Of a DNA stretch of 64,000 bases, positions 1 to 11,700 are shown in pieces. Position numbers and translations under genes: made by a program. Under the pieces are notes generated by a model that did no database searches, was not told where the DNA came from, and worked only from the letters and a program-made list of their open reading frames with translations. Position 1 is the first letter of the stretch. Each line of letters starts with the position of its first letter. This stretch comes from a virus (Duplodnaviria; Caudoviricetes): positions 91,945 through 155,944 of the IMG/VR virus record IMGVR_UViG_3300043105_000102. The stretch is one strand, 5' to 3'.

Positions 1-2363
1 GTACCACCAGCTAAAGGAAGAAAAGCTGGGCTAATAGTAGTATCGGTACCAGTGGCCGCGCCATTAGAATCATATCTCTTAAGTACGATAGAAGTATTAT
101 TAGAACCGAGAGCTATTGTAGTATTAGGCCCTAATAAAGTCGGCTTTCCAGTTACATTTCCCCAAGCTACTGCGGAAGCTGTTCCTGCTGTAAATACTTC
201 ATATCCATCTTCACTTGTAAGTTTTGTTTCATCTTTAACAAAATACATTTTACCGGTAGAAGTAACTTTAACAACATCGCCATTTTGAACTGTACTTGTT
301 GTCAACGCTAAACGAGCTGTATCATCAGCAACTACAGTAAGTCTTTCTAAAGCTGCTTGTGGAATATATTTTAAATCAATTAACTTACTACTATTTAAAG
401 GAACAAAATTACCAATAGTAGTTGTTGAGCCTACTCCGTTAGTGGTTGATAACGTATATTCATCTGAAACATTAACTGACTTTATATATGTTGAAGCAAT
501 ATTTTGTCCGGCAGAGTCAGAAGTCGCTTTGGCGGCCAGTCCATTTAAATCTCCATTAAAGGTTGTAGCATACATATTTGCCCATTTGAATTTAGCGCCA
601 CCAACTGAACCAGTATTATCGGCACTTGGATAAAATTCTCTATAATAAGGTTTAAGCCAAATTGAGCCGCCTTTGGAATGTGAGAAAACAATAGACTCTT
701 CACCATCATCACTAACAAGAAGAATTAACGAACCATTATTGTTGGCAGTTTGACGATAAAAAATTGAAGCACCATCTGTTCCACCCGTCCATTTAATGCC
801 TTTGCTATCTGTTGGATTAGAACTAAAAGTAGTATCAGCAAAGGCAATGTTTCCAGTCATGGTACCTCCGGCCAAAGGTAAATCTTCTGAAGCATGGCCG
901 GTTATGCTTGCTTTAATAGTCGAAGGTAAATAAAGATTTACTTCTCCGTTACCATTAACATCTACTCCGGGGCCTGAGTTATCCCCAGAAGTATCTTTTA
1001 TACGAAAAGTTCTTGCGGTTTCCCAAGTACTTGCTGTTGTAGCGTTTCCAGACAACGAACCAGAAAATTTGGTAGTTGTAAGAGTACCAGTACTAGGGTT
1101 AAAAGTTAAATTACTGTTTTTCCTAGCTCCTTCGGTTCTGGTCGTATTATCAGCAGTATTTGAAAATAATACTTCATAATTAGCGTTAGTAGAAGTAACT
1201 GTTTGAGTTACGTTCTTGTCTTGTGTTGTTAGAGTTGAAGTAGAACCATCACCTTTAGTAACAGTTACTGTTTGTCCACTAGCCGTAACTCCACTAACAT
1301 ATTTACTACGAATTGTTGTAGAATCACCAGTTGCATAATCAGTATTTCTAGCGTAATTTACTATTTCTCCAAAGGTACCATTTTTTGTTGCGTAAATGGG
1401 ATGATTCTGTATTAAGCACATGTTAGTAGTAGAATAAGTCATTCCCAGTAGCATATAAGAATAATTCGTATCGCTAGTTGTCTGAGTTAGGGGAGTAGTA
1501 CTAATAGGAGTAAACGTATTACCTGAGAGAGTTCCTTTAATATATATCGGCTTATAAGCTACTGGCGTAGTATCAAAAGAACTGACGGCTTGCATATTCG
1601 TAAAATTAAACGAATACATCAAGTAGTTATTATATCCAATTCCAGAAGCGGCAATATTACTACCAGCCCAGTAAATAGGATAAGTAATGTCAAAAGCCTT
1701 GCCTGAATTTAAATTATTGTAACCAGAATCAGTTCCCACAATAATATTATTAGATGTGATTGCCGTATTAGCTTTTATGCCAAGAGAATATCTAATATAA
1801 GTATTGTCTATATAAAACTGAGAAGTAATCCACCAACCCGTATAGCTTGTTCCATTAATGATAACGCTTGAACGGTATACCATTCTTACGATATTCCCAG
1901 AACTATAATGTGTCGTTAACCTGCTGGCGCCATTAAAATAGACATTCTTCGCACCAGTAGCAGAACCATCAGACAAGTTTAAATTAAGAGTAGTTCCGCC
2001 ACTTGCTCCACCTGTATTCATCCAATAGTCAATAATTAAACCATCATAAAGCTCTGTAATCCCTGTACCAAATAAACTGCCAGTCCAAGTTCCGGCTGTA
2101 GTTCCTGTGCCAATTACGAAAGTATTAGATTTTAATGTTAAAGTAGGATTTGAAGATTCATCTAAATTGACTGAACCTTTTTCAACGCCATTAACTGTTA
2201 CGCCTCTGGCGGCCGTGGTCATTTTTACTCTAGTATCACTGTCTTTATCAAAATAAATAGAACCTTCGTTGTTATCATTGGTCGCAAAATAAACTTTACC
2301 AGATTCTTTTGTCGTTGGCAAATTTTTTTCAAGACCAGTTGAAAATTTTACTTTATCGGCCAA
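1..2363 (-). CDS. Tail fibre / receptor-binding protein, partial (runs off the left edge)
   Basis: Missing from the ORF track because no stop falls inside the window. TTG start at 2363 after AGAAAGGGGG. Reads MADKVKFSTGLEKNLPTTKESGKVYFATND...; both ends checked in the same frame. Ser/Thr/Gly-rich, with the fibre motif LPLAGGT(MTG) at ~860-880 and ~1-20. Confidence 0.85.
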   Translation of the reverse strand, partial: MADKVKFSTGLEKNLPTTKESGKVYFATNDNNEGSIYFDKDSDTRVKMTTAARGVTVNGVEKGSVNLDESSNPTLTLKSNTFVIGTGTTAGTWTGSLFGTGITELYDGLIIDYWMNTGGASGGTTLNLNLSDGSATGAKNVYFNGASRLTTHYSSGNIVRMVYRSSVIINGTSYTGWWITSQFYIDNTYIRYSLGIKANTAITSNNIIVGTDSGYNNLNSGKAFDITYPIYWAGSNIAASGIGYNNYLMYSFNFTNMQAVSSFDTTPVAYKPIYIKGTLSGNTFTPISTTPLTQTTSDTNYSYMLLGMTYSTTNMCLIQNHPIYATKNGTFGEIVNYARNTDYATGDSTTIRSKYVSGVTASGQTVTVTKGDGSTSTLTTQDKNVTQTVTSTNANYEVLFSNTADNTTRTEGARKNSNLTFNPSTGTLTTTKFSGSLSGNATTASTWETARTFRIKDTSGDNSGPGVDVNGNGEVNLYLPSTIKASITGHASEDLPLAGGTMTGNIAFADTTFSSNPTDSKGIKWTGGTDGASIFYRQTANNNGSLILLVSDDGEESIVFSHSKGGSIWLKPYYREFYPSADNTGSVGGAKFKWANMYATTFNGDLNGLAAKATSDSAGQNIASTYIKSVNVSDEYTLSTTNGVGSTTTIGNFVPLNSSKLIDLKYIPQAALERLTVVADDTARLALTTSTVQNGDVVKVTSTGKMYFVKDETKLTSEDGYEVFTAGTASAVAWGNVTGKPTLLGPNTTIALGSNNTSIVLKRYDSNGAATGTDTTISPAFLPLAGG

Positions 2364-2392
2364 TTTATATCCCCCTTTCTCTAATATTAGAA

Positions 2393-2419
2393 AAGGGGAG
2401 CTTATCTGAAGCTCCCCTT
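2393..2419. terminator. Stem-loop / probable intrinsic terminator
   Basis: AAGGGGAGCTT-ATCTG-AAGCTCCCCTT inverted repeat just after the 2426 stop. Confidence 0.6.
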
Positions 2420-2425
2420 AAAAAT

Positions 2426-2656
2426 TTAATCTTTGTTAATAGAAGCTATAACTTTCTCCTTGAAGGCTTCGTAATCAGCATCAATTGTAGATTTATTATC
2501 TAAATACTTTTCAAAATCTTCAATATTATCATTTAAAGAAAGTCTATTTTCCTGTGAATAATTTGCGTAGAAATTAGCAACAACCTCATCATTTTCAGTC
2601 TTGCTAGTTGCATTAAAGTTAATATTCATATCATTAATAACTAACATAAGGTTCAT
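2426..2656 (-). CDS. Small hypothetical protein in tail module (76 aa)
   Basis: ORF with AAGGAGG RBS and its own sigma-A-like promoter. Confidence 0.75.
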   Translation of the reverse strand: MNLMLVINDMNINFNATSKTENDEVVANFYANYSQENRLSLNDNIEDFEKYLDNKSTIDADYEAFKEKVIASINKD

Positions 2657-2670
2657 TCCTCCTTATTTTT

Positions 2671-2700
2671 ATTTTACCATATTTTTCTATGGTAAGTCAA
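2671..2700 (-). promoter_or_regulatory. sigma-A-like promoter
   Basis: TTGACT-N18-TAAAAT with TG extension; overlaps the inverted repeat TTACCATA...TATGGTAA. Confidence 0.55.
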
Positions 2701-2756
2701 ATTTTTGTTCAAGTAATATAGTTTTTCTTCCAGCTATTTTTATACTTTTTGACCAA

Positions 2757-2794
2757 GAGAAAAAGAAAAAGGGAGAGTATTGCTACTCTCCCTT
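2757..2794 (-). terminator. Rho-independent terminator
   Basis: GGGAGAGTA-GCAA-TACTCTCCC followed by TTTTTCTTTTTT on the minus strand, after the 2801 stop. Confidence 0.8.
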
Positions 2795-2800
2795 CCTTGA

Positions 2801-3421
2801 TTATAAATCAATCCAGTATAAATCTTTTTCACTCGCAACTTTTGCGTAATAAGCCACTTGCTCAACATAGTCAGCTAAAGTATCTGAATTACTGTCATAA
2901 TCAGTTCCTTCATCCATTCCATGTAAAACCTTACTTGTGGCGGGTAAGGTATTTAAATTATACGTTAAGAATTTAGCCGTACTATCCAAAGTATAAAATC
3001 TAATTGTAAAAGTAACATCTCCAGCGGCTTTAGTGGCGGAACCCTCAATGACCCAAGGAAAAAGTATCATTGGTTCATCTATACCGGCTTCGGGATTTAA
3101 AGTAGAATAAGTATCTACATCATAGAAAGGTACTGCATAAACTCTACCTTCTCCGGCAGCATTGATATATTGAATCACACAAGTAGTATTTGTCAAATCA
3201 ATATTATCATAATATCTAGGAACTTTAAAATAGATAATTTCTGACCGATGGTCAGTTTCCACACTAAGAAATTCAGGAGCGTTAATTTTTCTAGTCGCTA
3301 AATCTATATCGTAAATGGTTTCTGTACTTGGCAATAAAACAGCTAAACTGGGAGCGTTTTCATCTTGAATTTTATAAAGTAATTTATAATATTCTTCAGC
3401 AGTGGTAATCATAGATAACAA
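2801..3421 (-). CDS. Baseplate upper protein-like (BppU N-terminal-type domain)
   Basis: Pattern IIYFKVPRYYDNIDL...IQYINA.GEG...FPWVIEGSATKAAGDVTFTIRFY resembles BppU/DUF2479-type domains. Confidence 0.65.
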   Translation of the reverse strand: MLSMITTAEEYYKLLYKIQDENAPSLAVLLPSTETIYDIDLATRKINAPEFLSVETDHRSEIIYFKVPRYYDNIDLTNTTCVIQYINAAGEGRVYAVPFYDVDTYSTLNPEAGIDEPMILFPWVIEGSATKAAGDVTFTIRFYTLDSTAKFLTYNLNTLPATSKVLHGMDEGTDYDSNSDTLADYVEQVAYYAKVASEKDLYWIDL

Positions 3422-3442
3422 AACCCTCCTTTATTGCTAAAA

Positions 3443-5455
3443 TTAAGCTTCAACAATATTGAAGAATCTGGAGCATCTATCGGCAGTAGTTCCATTGTAA
3501 GTATTAGTAACCTGACAATAGAAATATCCAGTAGTGGTTGGAGTATAAGTGGGGGCAGTTGCGCCAGAAAGAATCGTATCGCCATTAAATTTATACTCAC
3601 CAGCATCGGCCAGAGCTAAGTCCTTCTCTAAAGTACTATTTCCGGCATAATATCTGTACCACTGATAAGTGATTGTATCTTCATCAGTTCTCTGAATAGG
3701 CTCACCGCTATCAGCAGGGAAAGAAGCTGTAACAGAAAGGCCTGTCTTAGCAACCTCATTCAGAGTATAATCGTCAGTGTAGCCCTCTGAAATAGTAACG
3801 TCAAGTCTAGTGGCGGGATGAGTCACACGGCAAATATTACTCTCAGTGTCTATAGTCTCTTTATTAACATTATTAGTAGCAATGACCTTGTAATAACCAT
3901 CTCCAACGGCGCCCTCGGCACTCTCTTCCTCAGAACCCACAATAGTATAAGTATCTAAGGTAGCATCCTCAATAGCTTCAAATTCTGTAGCTCCGGGAGC
4001 TTTACGATACCACTGATAAGTAATCTTTCCGGCATCGGTAACAGAAGCTTTAATCTTTAACTCTAAGTCATACAGAGGATCTTCCAAAATACCCTTATCG
4101 GCCAAATTGGATTTATCGGCAATAACTGCGGCCACAGGCTTAGGCACAATGCAGACAGTACTCTGAGTAGAAGCTGTTGAGTTGCGGACTCTATTGGTAG
4201 CAACCACATAATACTTACCAGTAGAGTCAATCAAAGCACTAGAATATCTCTCGAAGATTTTTTCAGGACGATCTTCGGCATCCAGCTCACCATTATACAG
4301 AGTATAAGAATAAACAACCACATCGTCCTCAATCCCAGAAGAAGCAATTTGATAATACAATTTACCCTCTTGGCGCTTTGTATCAGTGGTTTCACTCATG
4401 GTAATTTCATAATCAATGTCAACACGACTATTATCATCTAAGCTATATTTCTTCCAGTAGTAAGAAAGTTGGCCGCCGTCCGTAGCAATAGCTTCAACGC
4501 TCTTGGTTACGTCAATAACACGGAATCCATCATCATCGGTATCAAGATTCAAGAGTTCAGGCAAATCAACAACAAAGATAGGCTCCTCGGCCTTAACAGA
4601 CTTGTCACCAGTCAGAGAAGAGTTCTCAAAACGGTCATTGATTAAATCAGTCACGTCATCAATCTGAGAAGCAGAAGTAATGATTTCAGGTAAGTCAAAG
4701 TCAAGACCGGGCTTAATGGTGGCGGATTGGGTTAGAGTAGATAAACTATAAGTCAGAGTTTCATCTTCGGCATTATACTCATAGAAACGCACGGAGAATT
4801 GAACTGTTCCCGCAGCCTGAGTAATTTTAGAAGATAAGGGCCAACCAAAGATAATATAACCGGGTTCACTCTCAACGTCCTTAACCCAAGGCACAGAAAC
4901 GCCAGTAATATTGCGGCCACTCTCATCCAAAGCAGGAGACTTCCACTGAATATAAATATCTTTAGTATCTAAATCAATAGCATCATAGAATCTATTGATT
5001 TTAAAGTAAACTATCTCAGCAACTTCATCACCCTGAACTGCTATACCATTACTCTTAAAGGAAGCAGGAACAGTAATCACTCTGGTATTAGCGTTAATCT
5101 CAAATACATCTTCATCTAAAGGAAGAATGGTATATCTACGATTGATCGCATTTAACTCAACGATATAAGAGAAGTATTCATTTAAAGAAGTGATTGTATC
5201 AGAAGAATAATATTGCTTGGAATCGTCAAAATCAACATCTTCGCAAAGCATATATTCTCCATCCACCTTTGTATAATATCTGCCCGGCTCATAAGTACTC
5301 TCAGTTAAAGCAATTTCATCAAAACCTTTAACAGCATTGAGACTACCTTTTTCGACCTCATTACCATTGGCGTCATGAGTTCTCAGAGCTTCACTAGCTT
5401 CTTCATACAAGAAAGAATATTTATCTGCATTTGATTTCTTTACATAAGTAATCAT
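3443..5455 (-). CDS. Baseplate/tail protein: BppU-like domain plus Ig-like domains
   Basis: BppU-like segment paralogous to 2801-3421, then Ig-like repeats (LSYYWKK, ITYQWYRK...ATLDTYTI, ITYQWYR...GATAPTYTPTTTGYFYCQVTN). Confidence 0.7.
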   Translation of the reverse strand: MITYVKKSNADKYSFLYEEASEALRTHDANGNEVEKGSLNAVKGFDEIALTESTYEPGRYYTKVDGEYMLCEDVDFDDSKQYYSSDTITSLNEYFSYIVELNAINRRYTILPLDEDVFEINANTRVITVPASFKSNGIAVQGDEVAEIVYFKINRFYDAIDLDTKDIYIQWKSPALDESGRNITGVSVPWVKDVESEPGYIIFGWPLSSKITQAAGTVQFSVRFYEYNAEDETLTYSLSTLTQSATIKPGLDFDLPEIITSASQIDDVTDLINDRFENSSLTGDKSVKAEEPIFVVDLPELLNLDTDDDGFRVIDVTKSVEAIATDGGQLSYYWKKYSLDDNSRVDIDYEITMSETTDTKRQEGKLYYQIASSGIEDDVVVYSYTLYNGELDAEDRPEKIFERYSSALIDSTGKYYVVATNRVRNSTASTQSTVCIVPKPVAAVIADKSNLADKGILEDPLYDLELKIKASVTDAGKITYQWYRKAPGATEFEAIEDATLDTYTIVGSEEESAEGAVGDGYYKVIATNNVNKETIDTESNICRVTHPATRLDVTISEGYTDDYTLNEVAKTGLSVTASFPADSGEPIQRTDEDTITYQWYRYYAGNSTLEKDLALADAGEYKFNGDTILSGATAPTYTPTTTGYFYCQVTNTYNGTTADRCSRFFNIVEA

Positions 5456-5546
5456 TCAATCATTCAGTCCTTTCTTTATTTTTAGGGGAGAAGGAAAACC
5501 TTCTCCCCCTCTCTCTTCTTTTTAAAAGAAGAAGGTTCAATTATAA

Positions 5547-5756
5547 TTAGTTTTGACCAGCGACTTCTTTCCAAAGGTCTAATTCATCAACAGGAATAAC
5601 AACACTCTTTTGGTAAGTTGTATCATCCTTAGTCAACTTTTTACCTTCATCGGCGGTCAAACGGTATCTATTAGTATAATATATGTTTTCAAGGTGAATG
5701 GGACTAACTATAGTTCCATTGGTACCAAGATACACATATAAAGTCTCTTTAGTCAT
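5547..5756 (-). CDS. Small tail-associated protein (69 aa), possible chaperone of the upstream giant protein
   Basis: GGAGG RBS; LTADEGKKLT...WKEV pattern seen in small genes that follow fibre genes. Confidence 0.65.
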   Translation of the reverse strand: MTKETLYVYLGTNGTIVSPIHLENIYYTNRYRLTADEGKKLTKDDTTYQKSVVIPVDELDLWKEVAGQN

Positions 5757-5771
5757 AGCGTTTTATCCTCC

Positions 5772-8700
5772 TTACAGATGGCTAATCGTACCAGTATAGT
5801 TAATATATTCACTATCGTTGAAGTACTGCTTCATAGACTCAGATAAGCCATAAGTCACAACGTCTTGGATAGGAGTTCCAGTGTTCTGAGAGAAAGCGTT
5901 TCTTCCTATTGTTGACAACTTACTGGAATGGGCCGAATCGCCAATAGACAGCAACTTAATACCATTGGCCAAGTTATTCAAGTAAGCAAAGGCGAACTGG
6001 CCAACCGTATTAACTTCTCCGGGAATTAAGAGTTGTTCAACTTGAGTATCAGATTGCAGAGCGCCGTTGAAAGCGTACTGGTCAATAACCGCCAAAGTTT
6101 GCGGGAACTCAAAAGTCTTTAAGGCAGAGTCACCAGAGAAAGCACTTTGTCCGATTTGTCTTAATCCAGAAGTAAACTGATAATAGACTAATTTGCGGCA
6201 ATCTTGGAAAGCCGAAGCGCCAATTAGTCTAAGTTGCGGCGTTCCATACCAGAATATATGAGTCAGATTCTCTTGGTTGTCAAATCCAACGACTGAGATA
6301 ACAGGTAATCCATTGTAAGTGGCCGGAATGGTAATCTTACCTTGTAATTGATAACCAGCGGCGGGCGCCACTTGATAGCCAGCCCCATTCGCAAAGTTAT
6401 AACTACTATCAGAGCCATCTGAATAAGTAGTTAGATTGAAACTAAAATACTTATCATCTGTAGCACTAAGACGAGGATCTTCCAGCACAAAGCAAGCATA
6501 GAATACTCTATTAACGTTCTGCGCCGTAATACTCTCAATATCAACAACTACATTATTAGCAGCACTTATTGACTTCTGGAAACAGTCAGATTGGTCAACG
6601 ACCCAACCAACAAATCTGTATCTCTCATAATCACCTAAACTAGATTCATCGGTAACAGGTAATAAGCTAGGAGCAGTCAAGCGTTCGCCATAAACAGTCT
6701 CCACAGTTGTTAAGACGTTACCTTGAGTATCACAATAAGAAGTTGTATAACGATGCTTTTCAAAGACCGCATAGAAAACATATTTAGTAATAGTATCACT
6801 AAAGGCGCATTCCTGAATTTCTTCATCCGTTAAGACACGACCACTGGCGTTAGCCCATCCAATAAAGTCGTAGTTAATTCTAGTAGGAGTTACTTGGGGA
6901 AGAGCGACTTTTGCATCAGAAACACTAGTACTTATTCTCTGAGTCTCTACAATTGTTTCAGCGCCATTATCGGCCACAGTAACGAATTGAGCCAGATAAC
7001 CTTCTTTGACTTTCCCGCAGAAAATAGTCAAATTAGGGAAATAAGTTAAGTACTCATTCTGAATATCGGCTTCATCATAAGCATCTCCACTGTTATTATC
7101 AACATAAACAATTCCAGTTATATTAGGAATAGTAGGCGCAGAAGCTGTGGCGGAAGTATTTTGGAAGTAGTTCAAACTTCTATCGCCATCGGCCTCATAC
7201 TTTTCATAAGCTGTTTTATAACTATCAATGTAAGTTTTGAACAAGTCCAGAGTTTGAATCGTATTAAATTCAAGTCCGGCAGTATATTCATAAACTTTTC
7301 CATTCAAGGTGTCTGTATCCCAACTGTCGCCAGATGGCTTATAGTTAGCTGTTAATGTATAGCGACCATCATCATACCAGTAAGACTTACCAGAATCATA
7401 AGGCTCACCATATTGAACAGCAGTATAGGGCGACCAGACAACGTCCTCAAGATTGATACTTAAGGCTTTAGTATAGCCATCAGAAACTTGCTCTTTTTGC
7501 TGCATAGCCTTTTTAATATCAGTAGCAGTCTTTAACAGCTTGTAAGAACCATAACCTAAATTGCCGCCAATGACGTTAATGGTGTTGATTTTAGTTTCAA
7601 TATTAGTGAGATCGGTATCTCCACTTTCGTTTGTCAAACCTTCAATAAATAATCCTTCATCAGAAGCCGCAGGCTTTTGACTCTCAATAATCTTTGTTAA
7701 GGCTATTGGCTCAGTCAAAGACAAAGTAGTAACAGTAGAGGGAAGATGCAAAGTCTTAATCTGAACGCCGTCCGCCAAAGTCACACCAGTAATGCTTGTG
7801 TTCAAAGCTCTGAAAGATTCAAGCTTTTCAGAACCAGTAACATCAATGGAGCCATCCATCTTACGCAGACCTGTTAAAACGACTTCTTTTAACAGGGATT
7901 TAGCATTTTCATTAACTTCTCCACTAGCGGTATAAGCAGAGTCAGTCAAAGAGAAGTTATTACTGTTCAACTGGTCATTGAAATATCCTTCAACGTCACT
8001 TCCGACTTTCAAGCTTTCAAGTCTCTTTAAAGTAGGAATATGCAATTCGTCAAGGTACTTTAATCCCAAATCTCCCATGTCAGCTATATACTCACCGCCG
8101 CCAAAGTAAACCAACTGCTGCGTGACATTAGCAGTATCTTTATACTTTTGGAGCAAGTCATCATTAGCGTTAATTGTAACACTAGTTTTGCCATCGCATT
8201 TAACAGGAGAAGTATGAGTTTCATCGTACTGACCATGGATATATTGCTGTAAATAAGAACGAACTTCAAAGTTGGGAGTTGCGTCCAAAGCCACAGGATA
8301 AGTATCAGTATAAGTATACTCAATTCCCGCATCATCAGTATAAGTTTGCCCAGCTAATTCAGGATTGTACAAGAAGCGGTCTGAGGTTGCCGCGCCATAA
8401 GAACCGTCCATTCTGGCCCAGAACTCTGTTTTAGCCGCCGTAGTTTCATATGGGCCGCCATACCATTTACTATCAACATAGTTAATTCTGTTTCTTAAAT
8501 ACAAATACCGCATCAACTCTCTAGTGCCCTGTAAGCAATAGAAAAAGCTGCCGGAATCATAAGTAAGAACGCCACTAGTATTGATAAATCCTGTAAAGGT
8601 GGGGGCAATGTATTTATAATATTCATCCACGTTGGTTAAGACTATGGGGCGCTTACCTTGCATAGCGATAGACTTAGAGACTTCGGGATCAAAGTTGTAG

Positions 8701-11700
8701 TAACCATTCAGATGCTCAATGTCAAGATTGTTCTTACGCATTGAAGCATATTTAGCTTTAATTTGATCGCCAAACTCAGACCAAAGATTAGCCCATAAGA
8801 CGCTATTGGAAGTGGAGAACAGGTTGGCCTCAGTAGGCTCAACATTGTAATCCCAAGTAGGAACGCCAGAGTTGTTAATTCCAAGCTGAGTATCAATATC
8901 ATAATAGATAGGATACCAAATGTAGTTGCCGCCCTCTTTTTGCGGCCCCCACGTTGCCAACATCAAGTTCTTACCACGAGAGTCATAGCAGTGCAACAAT
9001 TCTGTAGTAATAAAATAAATGTAGCAATATTCAGGGTCAAAGTGTAAGGCAAACTCATTACGGAACTTAGCTTTATCATTTTCAGTACTCTTAATCCAGT
9101 CACAAACTTCTCTAAGATTTTTATACTTCTCTAGCATCCACTCATTACGGTCTGATTGAGACATTGAAGCAAAGTCTCCTGCACCGTCCAAGCAATCATC
9201 AATATCATCGGCACTTGCGCTATAACGATATTCAAAATCGTTGTTTACTGTCAGAGGGCCAATGACTCTACTATAGTAAGTCTCATTTTCGTTAAACTCA
9301 CCAGTGGCTAAAACGTAATTGCCATTTGAAGAAGTATAATAAATATCAGGCTCATAAGTAATTGAACTTAAAGTAGCCTTTGTATAAGTATCATTGGTTT
9401 CTTCAAAATCGGTTTTAGTAAAAGAGCAACGTAAACCTTGGTTGTTGGTGAACTCCCAACATTCAGCCGTTTTCTTAAAGGTTAAGTTATTACCCTCAGA
9501 ATCCTTTACGAAAGACTCGCCGCCATTAGTAAATCCATAGGTGTCTTTACAACCCTTATCTAAGTTATAGTTGTACATACCAACAAATTCAATGCTTCCA
9601 TCTTGTTTCTCTTGGAAAACAATCATTGGGAATCCATAAACAGTTGTACGTAAACCTGTAACATCACTTACGCCATAATCTTGTAAAGGATGCTTGCTGT
9701 ACAAAGAAGAAACGTAACTTGCAAAGCCGGAATTGTGCGCACGAGAAGAATCCATATAGTCAGCTTTCCAACAGAAGGTTGATTCACCAATTCCTTTATT
9801 GTCCATATACCAGTATTTGTAGGTCTTATCATCTATTTCAACGCCATCCATTAAAGACTGGCCGGCGCAAGGCCCATTAGTATAAGTCCACTCGGCCCCA
9901 TCTTGCTTAGCTTTAAACTTAAAGTTTCTGCGGGGATAGCCTTGAGAAGAAGTCCCTTGGACATCGAGAGATTTTCCAGTAGAATAGTAATCGTAACTGG
10001 GGCAACTCGTAATGTAATCTAAATCACTTATTAAACCATTTTCATACATATAGTCCAAAGTCGGATTTCTAAAGGAAACAGAAACAGCTTTCTTACCACC
10101 CTTAACGTAAGGCAGCTTATCATCAGCATCTACTGTCTTTACCACCGCATAAGGCATAATGGGCGAAGAGGGATGCTGGACGTTATATTCAAGCATTAAA
10201 TTATAATCAATTATGGGAAGATTATTCTGATAACTGACTATTTGGTTCATGTCGTATTGATTAACATCTTTTATATCAGCAATATAGTTGTGAACAACAT
10301 CGGCGCTGGACAAGGTAGCTTTGTAAATACGCAACTTATACAAATCAACGTCACAATAATCAGAATTGAATGTGATTGCGTTTGCATTTGAAATAAAGCT
10401 ATCAGAGCTAGAATTGTAAGAACTAATACCACTCATAATTCCGTTCAAATAAATATACATTAAAGGATAATTATTTTGGGCGGAGGGAGCCTCTAAGACA
10501 AAGGTCAAGTTAATGGTTTCATCTTCTCTATATCTAGCACTAACGACTTTATCTTGGGAAGCAAAGTAAGCTTCCTGAGTGCCAAGACAGAAGCCCATAG
10601 CTCCATATAATTTTCCAAAGACACCGACATTTGTTTCCATAGAAGCAATAGTATCTTCGGCATCGGCATCACCAGTTCTACTAATTAAAGTAGCATACTC
10701 TTTAACATTACGCACCTTAAATCTAAATTCAAAGGCTAAACTTGTGTTTAAGACCTTGGAATTTAAAATGCCACTAAGCTGAGTAACAGGAATAGAAATG
10801 GACGCGCCATTACTAATTCTCAAGCAAGATTTTCCTTCACTATCAGTAATCCAACCATTGTTATACCAGTTAAAGTTATTAAAGGTGGTAGAAGTCTTAA
10901 TGTCACTAGAGTTTGTATATTCCCAAGTCTGGCGGCTAGTCTTATTTTCGTTGTTGGAACGTCCAGAAGAATCCAGATTAAGAACAAGACCAGATGTGAT
11001 AATATTCATGTCACGAGAAGTATCTTCTTCGACATATAGAGTAATTTGCTTTAAACTACTTCCAACAGAAATGGTGTAAGTATTGGCGCCAACCTCATAA
11101 TCTGTAATAGTCCATTTCAAATAAGAAGTTGAAGAATACGCTAAGTTTTGCGGAGATGTTGCAAGCTCTACACCTTCACGATAGAAGTGTGTTTCGCAAA
11201 CATCAGCCGTGGGGTCATAAACCATATATTGTAAAGTCACATCGGTATAATTTACAACAGAACTTTCATATCCATTAGGAATCCAAACGATAGGGCTTGT
11301 ATTGCCATCTTCTTCCCAAGCTAATTCATAGGTTAAAGAATCTGCTTTAACCTCAACGCCATTAACGTTAGCAGAAAGAACTGCTTCTATGTCATGGGCG
11401 CCGTGCGTTTGCTCAGGAATACTAACCTGATAAGTTCTTGAGTTAATACTGGCCGCCACTGTCTCAGAAACTGTTAAAATTCCATCAACATAAATTCTTA
11501 AAGTTTTCTCAATACCGCCAACAGGCATACAAGCAAAGGTACAAGGTTTAGCTTTACTGAAAACTTGCAGAGGATTGAAATCTGCGCTGGACTGCAAAGC
11601 TAAAGTAATACTTTGTCTACTGGAATAACTCTTAGTGGCCGAACCACTGTTCTCACCAGTAGCAGTAACAGTAATTTTGTTTGTTCCACTATAAAGTAAT

